Shown here in pieces: positions 8,315 to 17,637 of a DNA stretch of 64,000 nucleotides. Location: positions 132,295 to 196,294 of the forward strand of contig NZ_MEEX01000001.1 of NCBI RefSeq assembly GCF_001724605.1, in the 5' to 3' direction. A program made the translations under genes and the position numbers. Within the stretch, counting starts at the first letter, position 1. Every line of letters starts with the position of its first letter. The DNA is from Phenylobacterium sp. SCN 70-31. Its GTDB lineage: Bacteria > Pseudomonadota > Alphaproteobacteria > Caulobacterales > Caulobacteraceae. The notes under the pieces were generated by a model. It was not told the DNA's origin, made no database searches, and saw only the letters and a list, made by a program, of their open reading frames with translations.

Positions 8315-11236
8315 TTGATGTCCGTCGGCATGCTCCTGATCGTCGTTCTGACGTTGCCGTTCATCGGCAGCGTGATCGCCGCCGGCCTGCCCCGTAACGC
8401 CCGGACAACCGCGGCCATCCTTTCCTGGGGCGTCGCCCTGGCGAACGTCATCTGTCTGGCGGCGCTCTGGCCGGCGTTCCAGGACGGCGAGGTCATCCGG
8501 CAGGAGATCGACTGGCTGCCCGCGCTGGGCGTGTCGCTGGTGCTTCGCCTGGATGGGCTGTCGTGGCTGTTCAGCGCCCTGATCCTGGGGATCGGCGCGC
8601 TCGTCGTGCTCTATGCGCGCTACTACATGTCGCCCAAGGACCCCGTGCCGCGGTTCTTCTCGTTCCTGCTGGCCTTCATGGGCGCGATGCAAGGCCTGGT
8701 CCTGTCGGGCAACCTGATCCAACTCGTGGTCTTCTGGGAGCTGACCAGCCTCTTCTCGTTCCTGCTGATCGGCTACTGGCACCAGAACGCCTCGGCGCGC
8801 GAGGGCGCGCGAATGGCGCTCACCGTCACGGCCACCGGCGGGCTGGCCATGCTGGTCGGGGCGGTTCTGCTGGGCCGCATGGCGGGAAGCTACGACCTGG
8901 ACGTGGTGCTGGCGGCCCGCGACACGATCCTGGCGGACCCGCTGCACCCGCTGGCGTTGGGCCTGCTGCTTCTGGGGGCGCTGACCAAGAGCGCCCAGTT
9001 CCCGTTCCACTTCTGGCTGCCGCGCGCCATGGCCGCGCCCACGCCGGTCAGCGCCTATCTGCACTCGGCGACGATGGTGAAGGCGGGCGTCTTCCTGCTG
9101 ATGCGCATCTGGCCGATCTTCGCCGACACCCAGATGTGGGAGATCGTGGTGGGCGGAGCGGGTCTGCTCACCCTGCTCTTCGGCGCCTGGTGCGCGATCT
9201 ACCAGCACGACCTGAAGGGCCTTCTGGCCTATTCCACCATAAGCCACCTGGGCCTGATCGTCCTGCTGCTGGGCCTGGGCAGCGAGCTGGGCGCCGTCGC
9301 AGCCATCTTCCACACGGTCAACCACGCCACCTTCAAGGCCTCGCTGTTCATGGCGGCGGGGATCATCGACCACGAGACCGGCACGCGCGACATGCGCAAG
9401 CTGAGCGGCTTGCTGCGCTACATGCCCTTCACCGGCGCGCTGGCGATCATCGCGGCGGCGGCGATGGCGGGCGTTCCCCTGCTGAACGGCTTCCTCTCGA
9501 AGGAGATGTTCCTGGCCGAGGCCCTCGCGGGCGCCGAGCGGCACGCTCTGTTCGCCGTCCTGCCGGTCCTGGCCACCGTGGCCAGCGCCTTCAGCGTGCT
9601 CTACTCGTTGAGGTTCATCCACCAGACCTTCTTCGGGCCACCGCCGACCGAGCTGGAGAAGACCCCACACGAGCCGCCCACCTGGATGCGCCGGCCGGTC
9701 GAGGTGCTGGTCGCGCTCTGCCTCCTGGTGGGCGTGCTGCCGGCCATAACCGTCGGCCCGTTCCTGCGCAGCGCGGTCGTCTCGGTGGTCGGCCTCGACC
9801 CGCCCTACTACAGCCTGGCGATCTGGCACGGCTTCAACCTGCCGCTGCTGCTCAGCGTGACCGCGCTCGCCACAGGCGTCGGCCTCTATCTGGCGTTCGG
9901 CAAGACGATCAACGCCAACCCCGGCGGCGCCCTGGGGCTGCGCCGCTTCAACGGCGGCTACCTGTTCGAGCGCGCCATGACCCAGCTCAATGCGGGCGCG
10001 ATGGTGGTCGAGAAGGTGGCGGGCACCCGGCGGCTGCAACCCCAGATCCGCGTGATCGTGCTCACGGCCCTGGGATCCGCCTTCGTGGCCGTCGTCGGCG
10101 CCGGTCTGGCCGTGAATCCCCCGCCGCTGGCGCCGCGCATCGGGGACTTCGCCTTCGCCGGCCTGTGGATCATCGGCGGGGTCTGCGCCTTCGCCGCGGC
10201 CTGGCAGGCCAAGTATCACCGGCTGGCCGCGGTGGTGCTGATGGGCGGCGCGGGGCTGGCCAGCTGCATCTCCTTCATCTGGCTTTCGGCGCCCGACCTG
10301 GCGACCACGCAGCTCGTGGTCGAGGTGGTGACCACGGTCCTGCTCCTGCTCGGCCTGCGCTGGCTGCCCAAGCGGAACGAGGCCATCCGCGCCGCGCCGA
10401 ACGAGGAGCGCCGCTCGAAGCGACGCCGGCGCATCGACCTGGTGATCGCCGCCGCCGTCGGGGCGGGGCTGGCGGCCATATCCTACGCGGTGATGACCCG
10501 CCCCCCGGTCGAAGGCCTGTCGCGCTACTTCGTCGAGCACGCCTACAAGGACGCCGGCGGCCGCAACGTCGTGAACGTGATCCTGGTGGACTTCCGGGCG
10601 TTCGACACCTTCGGCGAGATCACGGTCCTGGGCGTGGTCGGCCTGACGGTGTTCGCCGTGCTGCGCCGGTTCCGACCCGCGAGCGACAGCCTGCCACGGC
10701 CGCCGCAGATGCGCCTGCAGGACGCGTCCGACAATCGGCGCGAGGGCCGCAACGCGGGTGACACCCTGAAGGAGACCATGCTGATCCCGCAGGTGGTGAT
10801 GCGCTGGATGTTCCCGTTCGTCATCCTGCTGGCGGCCCACCTGTTCCTGCGCGGACACGACCTGCCGGGCGGCGGCTTCGCGGCCGGTGTCGTGGTGGCG
10901 ATCGCCTTCGTGCTCCAGTACATGGCGTCGGGCGCCCAGTGGGTTGAAGACCGGCTCACGATCCGGCCCATCGCCTGGATCGGAATCGGCCTGCTGATCG
11001 CCGCGGCGAGCGGCGCCGGGGCCTGGCTCTTCGGCGCGCCCTTCCTGACCTCGGCCTTCCAGTACGCCGATCTGCCGCTCCTGGGGCGCGTGCCGCTGGC
11101 CAGCGCGGTGATCTTCGACCTGGGCGTGGTGGTCCTGGTCGTCGGCGCGACGGTCCTAGTCCTGGTGGCGCTCGCCCACCAGTCGCTCCGCAAGGCCCAC
11201 AAGGCCGACGAAACGGGACCGGAGGGCGCGGCGTGA
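8315..11236 (+). CDS. mrpA: Na+(K+)/H+ antiporter subunit A, MrpA-MrpB fusion (PhaA-like)
   Basis: 973-aa polytopic NuoL/ND5-like protein with a C-terminal MrpB-like extension. It is the first gene of an A-C-D-E-F-G operon. Confidence 0.9.
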   Translation: MMSVGMLLIVVLTLPFIGSVIAAGLPRNARTTAAILSWGVALANVICLAALWPAFQDGEVIRQEIDWLPALGVSLVLRLDGLSWLFSALILGIGALVVLYARYYMSPKDPVPRFFSFLLAFMGAMQGLVLSGNLIQLVVFWELTSLFSFLLIGYWHQNASAREGARMALTVTATGGLAMLVGAVLLGRMAGSYDLDVVLAARDTILADPLHPLALGLLLLGALTKSAQFPFHFWLPRAMAAPTPVSAYLHSATMVKAGVFLLMRIWPIFADTQMWEIVVGGAGLLTLLFGAWCAIYQHDLKGLLAYSTISHLGLIVLLLGLGSELGAVAAIFHTVNHATFKASLFMAAGIIDHETGTRDMRKLSGLLRYMPFTGALAIIAAAAMAGVPLLNGFLSKEMFLAEALAGAERHALFAVLPVLATVASAFSVLYSLRFIHQTFFGPPPTELEKTPHEPPTWMRRPVEVLVALCLLVGVLPAITVGPFLRSAVVSVVGLDPPYYSLAIWHGFNLPLLLSVTALATGVGLYLAFGKTINANPGGALGLRRFNGGYLFERAMTQLNAGAMVVEKVAGTRRLQPQIRVIVLTALGSAFVAVVGAGLAVNPPPLAPRIGDFAFAGLWIIGGVCAFAAAWQAKYHRLAAVVLMGGAGLASCISFIWLSAPDLATTQLVVEVVTTVLLLLGLRWLPKRNEAIRAAPNEERRSKRRRRIDLVIAAAVGAGLAAISYAVMTRPPVEGLSRYFVEHAYKDAGGRNVVNVILVDFRAFDTFGEITVLGVVGLTVFAVLRRFRPASDSLPRPPQMRLQDASDNRREGRNAGDTLKETMLIPQVVMRWMFPFVILLAAHLFLRGHDLPGGGFAAGVVVAIAFVLQYMASGAQWVEDRLTIRPIAWIGIGLLIAAASGAGAWLFGAPFLTSAFQYADLPLLGRVPLASAVIFDLGVVVLVVGATVLVLVALAHQSLRKAHKADETGPEGAA

Positions 11237-11577
11237 AGGAGATCGTGCTGGCCCTGGCGATCGGCGTTCTGTCGGCCTCGGGAACCTGGCTGCTGCTGCG
11301 GCCCCGCACCTTCCAGGTGATCATGGGGCTGTCGCTGCTGTCCTATGCGGTGAACATCTTCATCTTCTCGATGGGCCGGCTGAAGACCGCAGCGCCCCCG
11401 GTCACAGGAACCGGCGCCGAAGACGTCGCCGCCTATGCGGACCCGACTCCGCAGGCCCTGGTGCTGACCGCCATCGTCATCAGCTTCGCGCTGACCGCCC
11501 TGTTCCTGGTGGTCCTGCTGGCGTCCCGCGGCGTGACCGGAAGCGACCATGTGGACGGTCGGGAGCCGCAGGAATGA
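11233..11577 (+). CDS. mrpC: Antiporter subunit C (NuoK-like)
   Basis: 114 aa with three TM helices. ATGA/GTGA overlaps with both neighbours. Its position matches Mrp operon order. Confidence 0.85.
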   Translation: MKEIVLALAIGVLSASGTWLLLRPRTFQVIMGLSLLSYAVNIFIFSMGRLKTAAPPVTGTGAEDVAAYADPTPQALVLTAIVISFALTALFLVVLLASRGVTGSDHVDGREPQE

Positions 11578-13154
11578 CGGACTGGCACGACCACATCGTC
11601 ATCGGCCCCATCGTCCTGCCCATGGCGATGGCCGCGGCGATGCTGCTGTTCGACGAGCGCCGGCGCGTCCTCAAGGGCGTGATGAGCCTGGTGGCGATGA
11701 CCGCCATCCTGGCGATGGCGCTGATCCTGCTGGACGAGAGCGCCAGCGGCGAGACCGCCCGGGTCTACCGCCTGGGCGACTGGGCCGCGCCCTACGGCAT
11801 CGTGCTGGTGGCCGACCGGCTCTCGACCCTGATGGTGGCGCTGACCAGCGTGCTGGGCGGCTGCGCCCTGGTGTTCGCCCTCGCGCGCTGGGATCGGGCG
11901 GGGCCGCGTTTCCACGCCATCTTCCTCCTGCTGGTGATGGGGGTGAACGGCGCGTTTCTCACCGGCGACCTGTTCAACCTGTTCGTCTTCTTCGAGATCA
12001 TGCTGGCGGCCTCTTACGGCCTGGTGCTGCACGGGTCGGGCGAGGCGCGCATCAAGGCGGGCCTGGGCTACATCGCCGTGAACCTCACGGCCTCGCTGCT
12101 GTTCCTGATCGGCGTCGCCCTGATCTACGGCGTAACCGGCACGCTCAACATGGCCGACCTCGTCGCCCGTATCCCGGCGATCCCCGACGCCGACCGCGGC
12201 CTCTTCCACGCCGGCGCGGCCATCCTGGGCGTGGCGTTCCTGGTGAAGTGCGCCATGTGGCCGCTCGGCCTCTGGCTGCCGCCCACCTACGCGGCCGCCA
12301 GCGCGCCCGCCGCGGCGGTCTTCGCGATTCTGTCGAAGGTGGGGGTCTATGTGGTCATGCGGCTGGGCCTGCTGCTGTTCGGCGCGGGCGCAGGGGCTTC
12401 GGCAGGGTTCGGCGGGGCGTGGCTGCTGGTCGGCGGTCTGGCCACCATCGCGTTCGGCACGGCCGGCCTGCTGGCTGCGCGCGACCTCTCCCGCGCCGCA
12501 GCCTACGCCGTCATGGTGTCGTCGGGCACGGTTCTGGCGATCCTGGGATCGGGCCATCCCGACGCCCTGGCCGGCGCCATCTTCTACATGGTCGGGTCGA
12601 CCCTGGCCTGCGGGGCGTTGTTCCTCGTGGGCGAGATCCTCCAGCGCAGCCAGGAGGCCGACGCCGACACGGGCCGCGCGGTCTTCGACGACGAGTACCA
12701 CGACCCGTTCGACGACGAGGAACGCAACGAACCCGGCCTGGTCATTCCCGCCGCCGTGGCCGCCGTGGCCGGCGCCTTCCTGGTCTGCACGCTGATGGTG
12801 GCCGGCCTGCCGCCGCTCGCGGGCTTCGTCGGCAAGCTGGCCATGATGGACGCGCTCATGCAGGTGGGCGACACCGCCGCCTGGTGGATCATCGCCCTAC
12901 TCTCCCTCTCCAGCCTGGGCGCGCTGATCGGACTGGTCCGGCTGGGCATCCGCGCCATCTGGGCCACCGAGGGCGACCGGCCGCCCTTCGTCGTCGGCGC
13001 CGCGGAATTCGCCGGCCTCGGCGTCCTGCTCGCGGCGTGCGTCCTCCTCGCGATCTTCGGCAACGCCGGGGTGCTGTACGCCCAGCACACGGCCGAGTGG
13101 CTGGCGCGGCCCGAGGCGTACGCGAACGCCGTGCTGGCCGGGGACGGCCGATGA
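11574..13154 (+). CDS. mrpD: Antiporter subunit D (NuoM/N-like)
   Basis: 526-aa polytopic ND2/ND4-like protein. Confidence 0.88.
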   Translation: MTDWHDHIVIGPIVLPMAMAAAMLLFDERRRVLKGVMSLVAMTAILAMALILLDESASGETARVYRLGDWAAPYGIVLVADRLSTLMVALTSVLGGCALVFALARWDRAGPRFHAIFLLLVMGVNGAFLTGDLFNLFVFFEIMLAASYGLVLHGSGEARIKAGLGYIAVNLTASLLFLIGVALIYGVTGTLNMADLVARIPAIPDADRGLFHAGAAILGVAFLVKCAMWPLGLWLPPTYAAASAPAAAVFAILSKVGVYVVMRLGLLLFGAGAGASAGFGGAWLLVGGLATIAFGTAGLLAARDLSRAAAYAVMVSSGTVLAILGSGHPDALAGAIFYMVGSTLACGALFLVGEILQRSQEADADTGRAVFDDEYHDPFDDEERNEPGLVIPAAVAAVAGAFLVCTLMVAGLPPLAGFVGKLAMMDALMQVGDTAAWWIIALLSLSSLGALIGLVRLGIRAIWATEGDRPPFVVGAAEFAGLGVLLAACVLLAIFGNAGVLYAQHTAEWLARPEAYANAVLAGDGR

Positions 13155-13639
13155 GACGCCTGCTACCCCATCCCCTGCTGTCGCTCGGCGTCTTCGTCGC
13201 CTCGATCCTGATGAGCGCCTCGACCGGCCCGCCCGCCCTGGCGCTGGCCGCCCTCGCCGCCGTCGTGGCGCCCCAGCTGATGCGGCCCTTCCGGATCGAC
13301 CCGGTCCGGATCCGGTCGCCCCGCGCGCTCGTCCAGCTCACGGTCATCGTCCTGACCGACATCCTCCGCTCCAACTGGGCGGTCGGGCAGATCCTCCTGT
13401 CCGGCCGGCGACGGGAGCGCGTCTCGGGCTTCATCCACGTCCCGCTGGACCTCAAGGACCGTCACGCCCTGGCCGTGCTGGCCATCATCGTCACCAGCAC
13501 GCCCGGGACACTGTGGGTGGAGTACGAGCGGGCCAACGGCCGCCTGCTTCTCCATGTGCTCGACCTCGTGGACGAGGAGACCTGGATCCGGCTCATCAAG
13601 GACCGGTACGAGCGGCTGCTGAAGGAGATCTTCGAATGA
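13151..13639 (+). CDS. mrpE: Antiporter subunit E
   Basis: ATG 13151 overlaps the mrpD stop (ATGA). MrpE-like C-terminus (STPGTLWVE...LLLHVLD). It is embedded in the longer track ORF 11549..13639. Confidence 0.8.
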   Translation: MRRLLPHPLLSLGVFVASILMSASTGPPALALAALAAVVAPQLMRPFRIDPVRIRSPRALVQLTVIVLTDILRSNWAVGQILLSGRRRERVSGFIHVPLDLKDRHALAVLAIIVTSTPGTLWVEYERANGRLLLHVLDLVDEETWIRLIKDRYERLLKEIFE

Positions 13640-13914
13640 CGATGCTCTTCGTCTGGGGGCTCGCCCTGGCGCAACTGATGCTCGTGGCGGCCATGGGCGT
13701 CGCGGTGTGGCGGATCGTCGTCGGCCCGCGGGCGCAGGACCGCATCCTCGGAATGGATACGCTCTACCTGAACGGCATGCTGCTGATCGTGGTCTTCGGC
13801 GTCCGCACCGGCAGCCCGCTCTATTTCGAGGCGGCGCTGATCATCGGCATGCTGGGCTTCGCCGCCACGGTGGCCCTGGCCAAGTTCCTCATGCGCGGCG
13901 AGGTGATCGAATGA
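13636..13914 (+). CDS. mrpF: Antiporter subunit F
   Basis: 92 aa with three TM helices. ATG 13636 overlaps the mrpE stop. Confidence 0.8.
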   Translation: MTMLFVWGLALAQLMLVAAMGVAVWRIVVGPRAQDRILGMDTLYLNGMLLIVVFGVRTGSPLYFEAALIIGMLGFAATVALAKFLMRGEVIE

Positions 13915-14249
13915 TCCCCGCCGATCTTCCCGCCTGGGCCGTGGTGACGGTCGTCGTCCTGGCGGTCGCCGGCTCGGCGATCTCCCTCCTCGGAGCGACG
14001 GGCCTGGTGCGGTTGACGTCGTTCTACGAGCGGGTGCACGCCCCCACCCTGGGCGCCACGCTGGGCACAGTGCTGGTCCTTTCGGCCTCGGCGCTGTTCT
14101 TCGGACTGGTCGAACAGCGCTTCCTGCCGCGCGAGCTGCTGATCGGCGCCTTCCTGACCGTCACCACGCCCGTCACCCTGATCCTGCTGGCCCGCGCGGC
14201 CCTGTTCCGCGACCGGGCCGAGGATGAGCGCAAGAACCCCGAGCCCTGA
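13911..14249 (+). CDS. mrpG: Antiporter subunit G
   Basis: 112 aa with three TM helices. ATG 13911 overlaps the mrpF stop. Last gene of the operon. Confidence 0.8.
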   Translation: MIPADLPAWAVVTVVVLAVAGSAISLLGATGLVRLTSFYERVHAPTLGATLGTVLVLSASALFFGLVEQRFLPRELLIGAFLTVTTPVTLILLARAALFRDRAEDERKNPEP

Positions 14250-14272
14250 CCCCGGCGCCTGACCGACCGCCT

Positions 14273-16687
14273 TCAGCGACGGGCCGGCAGGGCGTACGCG
14301 ATGACCTGATCGCCCACCGGCGTCTCCATGAAGTGGTGACCCCCGGTCATGATCACCACGTACTGGCGGCCGCCCCACTCGTAGGTCATGGGCGTGGCCT
14401 GGCCCCCGGCCGGCAGGACATCGCGCCACAGGGTGCGCCCCGTCCGCAGGTCGATCGCCCGGATCAGATTGTCGGTGGCGGCTGCGACGAACACCACGCC
14501 TCCGGCGGTCACCACCGCCCCGCCGTTGTTGGGGGTCCCGATCTCGACGGACAGCATCGAGGGAATGCCGAACGGGCCGTTGCGACGCGCCTCGCCCAGC
14601 GGCCGGTCCCAGAGCGTACGACCGGTCCTCAGGTCGATGGCGCGAACGCCGCCATACGGCGGGCGCTTGCAGAGAAGGCCGGTGACCGGCAAGCGCCATC
14701 CGGCGTTCACGTCCACGCCGTAGGGCGTTCCCACCTGCGGGTCGCCCGCGCCCTCGGCGCCGCCCAGGTCCCCGCCACGGGCCTGGCTGCGCGGGGTCCA
14801 GCCCTTCCGGTCGACCGTCGCGCGGGGAACCAGACGGTTGTAGTTGGGCATGTCGTTGTAGTTGGCGACGATCACGCCGCGCCGGGGATCGACGGCCACG
14901 CCGCCCCAGTCCGAGCCGCCGTTGTAGCCGGGATACTGAATCCACCGGCGGTCCGCGGTGGGCGGCGTGTACATGCCCTCGTACGCCGCCCGGCGGAACT
15001 GGATGCGGCAGATCATCTGGTCGATCGGCGACATGCCCCACATGTCGCGTTCGCTCAGCCGGGGCCGGGCCAGGGTATGGTAGGCCGAGAACGGCTGGGT
15101 GGCCGCCCGCTGCGCCGGCTCGACGCCGCCCTGAGGGACCCTCCGCTCGTCCACCCGGGTCAGGGGGCGGCCGGTGCGCCGATCCAGGACATAGAGGTCG
15201 CCCTGCTTGCTGGGAAGGATCAGGGCGGGGATCGCGCCGGCGGCGGTCGGGAAGTCCACCAGGGTGGCCTGGCTGCCGAGGTCGTAGTCCCAGACGTCCT
15301 TGCGGACGGTCTGGAAGCGCCACGCCGGGTTCCCCGTCTCCACATCCAGCGCCACCAGCGACGTCGAGAAGGCGTTCTCCTGAGGCGAGCGGTCGCTGCT
15401 CCAGTAATCGACCGCCGAGTTGCCCATCGGCAGATAGACCAGGCCCAGGGTCTCGTCCCCGGTCGCGGTGGTCCAGCTGTTGGGCGTGCCACGGGTGTAG
15501 GTGACGTCCGGCGCCGCCGGCGCCGTCTGGCCCGGCCGGCCGAGATCCCATGCCCATCGCTGAGCGCCGGTGATGGCGTCGAAGCCCTGGATGACCCCGG
15601 ACGGGGCGTCGTTCTGCTGGCCGTCCAGCACCTGATGGCCGGTGACGATCACGCCGCGGACGATCACGGGCGGCGAGGTGATCGAGACCATGCCCGGTTC
15701 GACGTCGCCCATCCCCTGCTTGATGTCGACCTGGCCTTCGCGCCCGAAGTCGGCGCAGGGCGCACCCGTCCGAGCGTCCACGGCGATCAACCGGCCGTCC
15801 AGCGTGCCCTCGACGACCCGCGCTGCACAAGCTTGGGTCGGGTCGGCGGCGGGGACTCGGAAATAGGTCACCCCGCGACAGGCGGCGGTGTAGGGAATCC
15901 AGTCGTCGGAGACCTTGGGATCGTAGCGCCAGCGCTCGGCGCCGGTCGCCGGGTCGAGCGCGATCAGGATGTTCTTGGCCGAGCAGAGGTAGAGGGTGTC
16001 GCCCACCTTCAGCGGCGTGGTCTCGGCGCCGTAGTTGTTCCGCGCGCGCTCACTGGGCAGGTCGCGGGTATGCGCCAGCCACACCCGCTCCAGTTGGCGC
16101 ACATTCTGTGGCATGATCTGCGCGAGGGGCGAGTAGCGCCGGGCGGCGTACGAGCCCCCGTAGGCCGGCCAGTCCCGGCCCGCCGGCGCCGGCGACGGGT
16201 CCCCCATGACGAGCTGGGCGGCAGGCAGCGCACCGGGCGCCGCCCGCCCCGAGATCCATATCCCGACGCCGCCGATGACGACGGCCACGGCCAGGGCCGC
16301 GACCCCGCCCAGCGCGGCGCCGCGCGCGAGCCGAGAGCGGGAGAGCGCCGGGACCAGCGCCATGGCGATCAGGAACAGGACCGCGGGCCCGACCACGCGC
16401 GGGACCAGGGCCCAGCCGTCGAACCCCACCTCCCAGACCGCCCAGGCCAGAGTGGCGGCGAATACGGCGGCATAGACCCAGGCGCCCAGCACGCGCCCGA
16501 ACCCGAAGAACACCGCCGCCACGATCAGGCCCGTTCCGGCGATCAGATAGTAGGGCGATCCGCCGATCACGGTGAGCCAGGCGCCCCCCGACAGGAGCAC
16601 AAGGCCGATCAAGGCCAACAGCGCGGCGAACGCAGCCGCCAGCCATTGGCCGAACGTGCGCGGGCCCCACCCGTGAAGGGGATTCAT
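14273..16687 (-). CDS. gcd: Membrane-bound PQQ-dependent glucose/quinate-family dehydrogenase
   Basis: About 150 aa of N-terminal TM helices followed by a quinoprotein beta-propeller with repeated W-motif blades. The 804-aa size matches Gcd. Confidence 0.85.
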   Translation of the reverse strand: MNPLHGWGPRTFGQWLAAAFAALLALIGLVLLSGGAWLTVIGGSPYYLIAGTGLIVAAVFFGFGRVLGAWVYAAVFAATLAWAVWEVGFDGWALVPRVVGPAVLFLIAMALVPALSRSRLARGAALGGVAALAVAVVIGGVGIWISGRAAPGALPAAQLVMGDPSPAPAGRDWPAYGGSYAARRYSPLAQIMPQNVRQLERVWLAHTRDLPSERARNNYGAETTPLKVGDTLYLCSAKNILIALDPATGAERWRYDPKVSDDWIPYTAACRGVTYFRVPAADPTQACAARVVEGTLDGRLIAVDARTGAPCADFGREGQVDIKQGMGDVEPGMVSITSPPVIVRGVIVTGHQVLDGQQNDAPSGVIQGFDAITGAQRWAWDLGRPGQTAPAAPDVTYTRGTPNSWTTATGDETLGLVYLPMGNSAVDYWSSDRSPQENAFSTSLVALDVETGNPAWRFQTVRKDVWDYDLGSQATLVDFPTAAGAIPALILPSKQGDLYVLDRRTGRPLTRVDERRVPQGGVEPAQRAATQPFSAYHTLARPRLSERDMWGMSPIDQMICRIQFRRAAYEGMYTPPTADRRWIQYPGYNGGSDWGGVAVDPRRGVIVANYNDMPNYNRLVPRATVDRKGWTPRSQARGGDLGGAEGAGDPQVGTPYGVDVNAGWRLPVTGLLCKRPPYGGVRAIDLRTGRTLWDRPLGEARRNGPFGIPSMLSVEIGTPNNGGAVVTAGGVVFVAAATDNLIRAIDLRTGRTLWRDVLPAGGQATPMTYEWGGRQYVVIMTGGHHFMETPVGDQVIAYALPARR

Positions 16688-16792
16688 CGCACGCCTCCCT
16701 CGATGCCCTCGGCTGCAACTTAGAACAGGCCTGGGGCGCTCGGGTTCCAGACCCTGTCACAGTCGAGTTCGTGCACTGAAGACCGCGGACGG

Positions 16793-16831
16793 GGGCGTCA
16801 GTCCTTGAGGGCGCGGGCGTCAGTCCTTGAG
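16793..16831. repeat. 17-bp direct duplication GGGCGTCAGTCCTTGAG (x2, 5-bp spacer) spanning the hemerythrin stop codon
   Basis: Copies at 16793..16809 and 16815..16831. The second copy contains the last codons and the TGA of the gene. Confidence 0.8.
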
Positions 16832-17461
16832 CCTGATCTTCTTCTCGATCGTGACGTCGGCCTTCTCGGCCTTCTTCCGCTGTTCGAAGACCCGGCGCAT
16901 GTGGCGGAGGTCGGCGTCGCCCAGGCGCTTCTCGGCCGCGACGAACTGTTCCTGCTCCTCCTCGCCGATGTGGTGCAGATATTCCGCCTTCAGCCCGGCG
17001 AAGCGCCGCAGCCACCCCGGCGAGCCCATGTCGCGGGCGGCGAGGTCCGCCAGCATGTCGTCGATCTCCTTGTGCTCGGCCACCGCGTGGCGCGCGAAGT
17101 CGGTCGTCGCGGGATCGCGCAGCACCGTCGACCACAGCGCCTGCTCCTCGGCGGCGGCGTGGGCCTTGAGTTCGCGGACCAGCTCGCGAAACAGTCTCTG
17201 CCGCGTATCCGAGTTTCCGTGGGTCTCCTCGATCATGGCCAGCAGCGCGCGGTGCCGGTCGTGATCCTCGACCAGGCGCCCGAAGACGTCGGGGTCGCCC
17301 CGGAACTTCGTCTTCGGCGTGCTGCCGAGGCGTACGGGCAGTTCAGGCGCCATGGCCTTGGCCTTCTCGACCGCGGCGCTCTTGGCCCGTTGCGCCCGGC
17401 CCGGCGCCCCCGAGGGCATGGCGGAGGGCTTTCGGGTGCGGGTCATCGTCTGGGCAGTCAT
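16820..17461 (-). CDS. Hemerythrin-domain protein
   Basis: His/Glu-rich four-helix pattern (HDRHRALL, HAAAEE, AVAEHKEID, LHHIGEEE). The start was trimmed to ATG 17461. The upstream part of track ORF 16820..18025 is shadow sequence. Confidence 0.75.
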   Translation of the reverse strand: MTAQTMTRTRKPSAMPSGAPGRAQRAKSAAVEKAKAMAPELPVRLGSTPKTKFRGDPDVFGRLVEDHDRHRALLAMIEETHGNSDTRQRLFRELVRELKAHAAAEEQALWSTVLRDPATTDFARHAVAEHKEIDDMLADLAARDMGSPGWLRRFAGLKAEYLHHIGEEEQEQFVAAEKRLGDADLRHMRRVFEQRKKAEKADVTIEKKIRLKD

Positions 17462-17637
17462 TGGCGTCCTCGCTTCCAGGCCAGATCGGGTCCGGGCGTT
17501 CGGCGGCGCCGGCCCGGCCGGGAAAGCTACGCAGCCGGCCGCGGAAGGTTCCCGGCGAAGTGACCGGAACGCCGGCGACAGGGCTTCGACACCGGACGCG
17601 GGCCGGAAGATCGGCGACGAGCCGGCCTGCGGACGGG

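Noticed and set aside
17528-17552. Possible EcfG/SigT-type general-stress promoter upstream of the hemerythrin gene (minus strand GGAAC-N16-CGTA)
   Set aside because: The -10 element reads CGTA rather than the consensus CGTT. GGAAC also occurs frequently by chance in this GC-rich DNA. The evidence is too weak to list as a feature.
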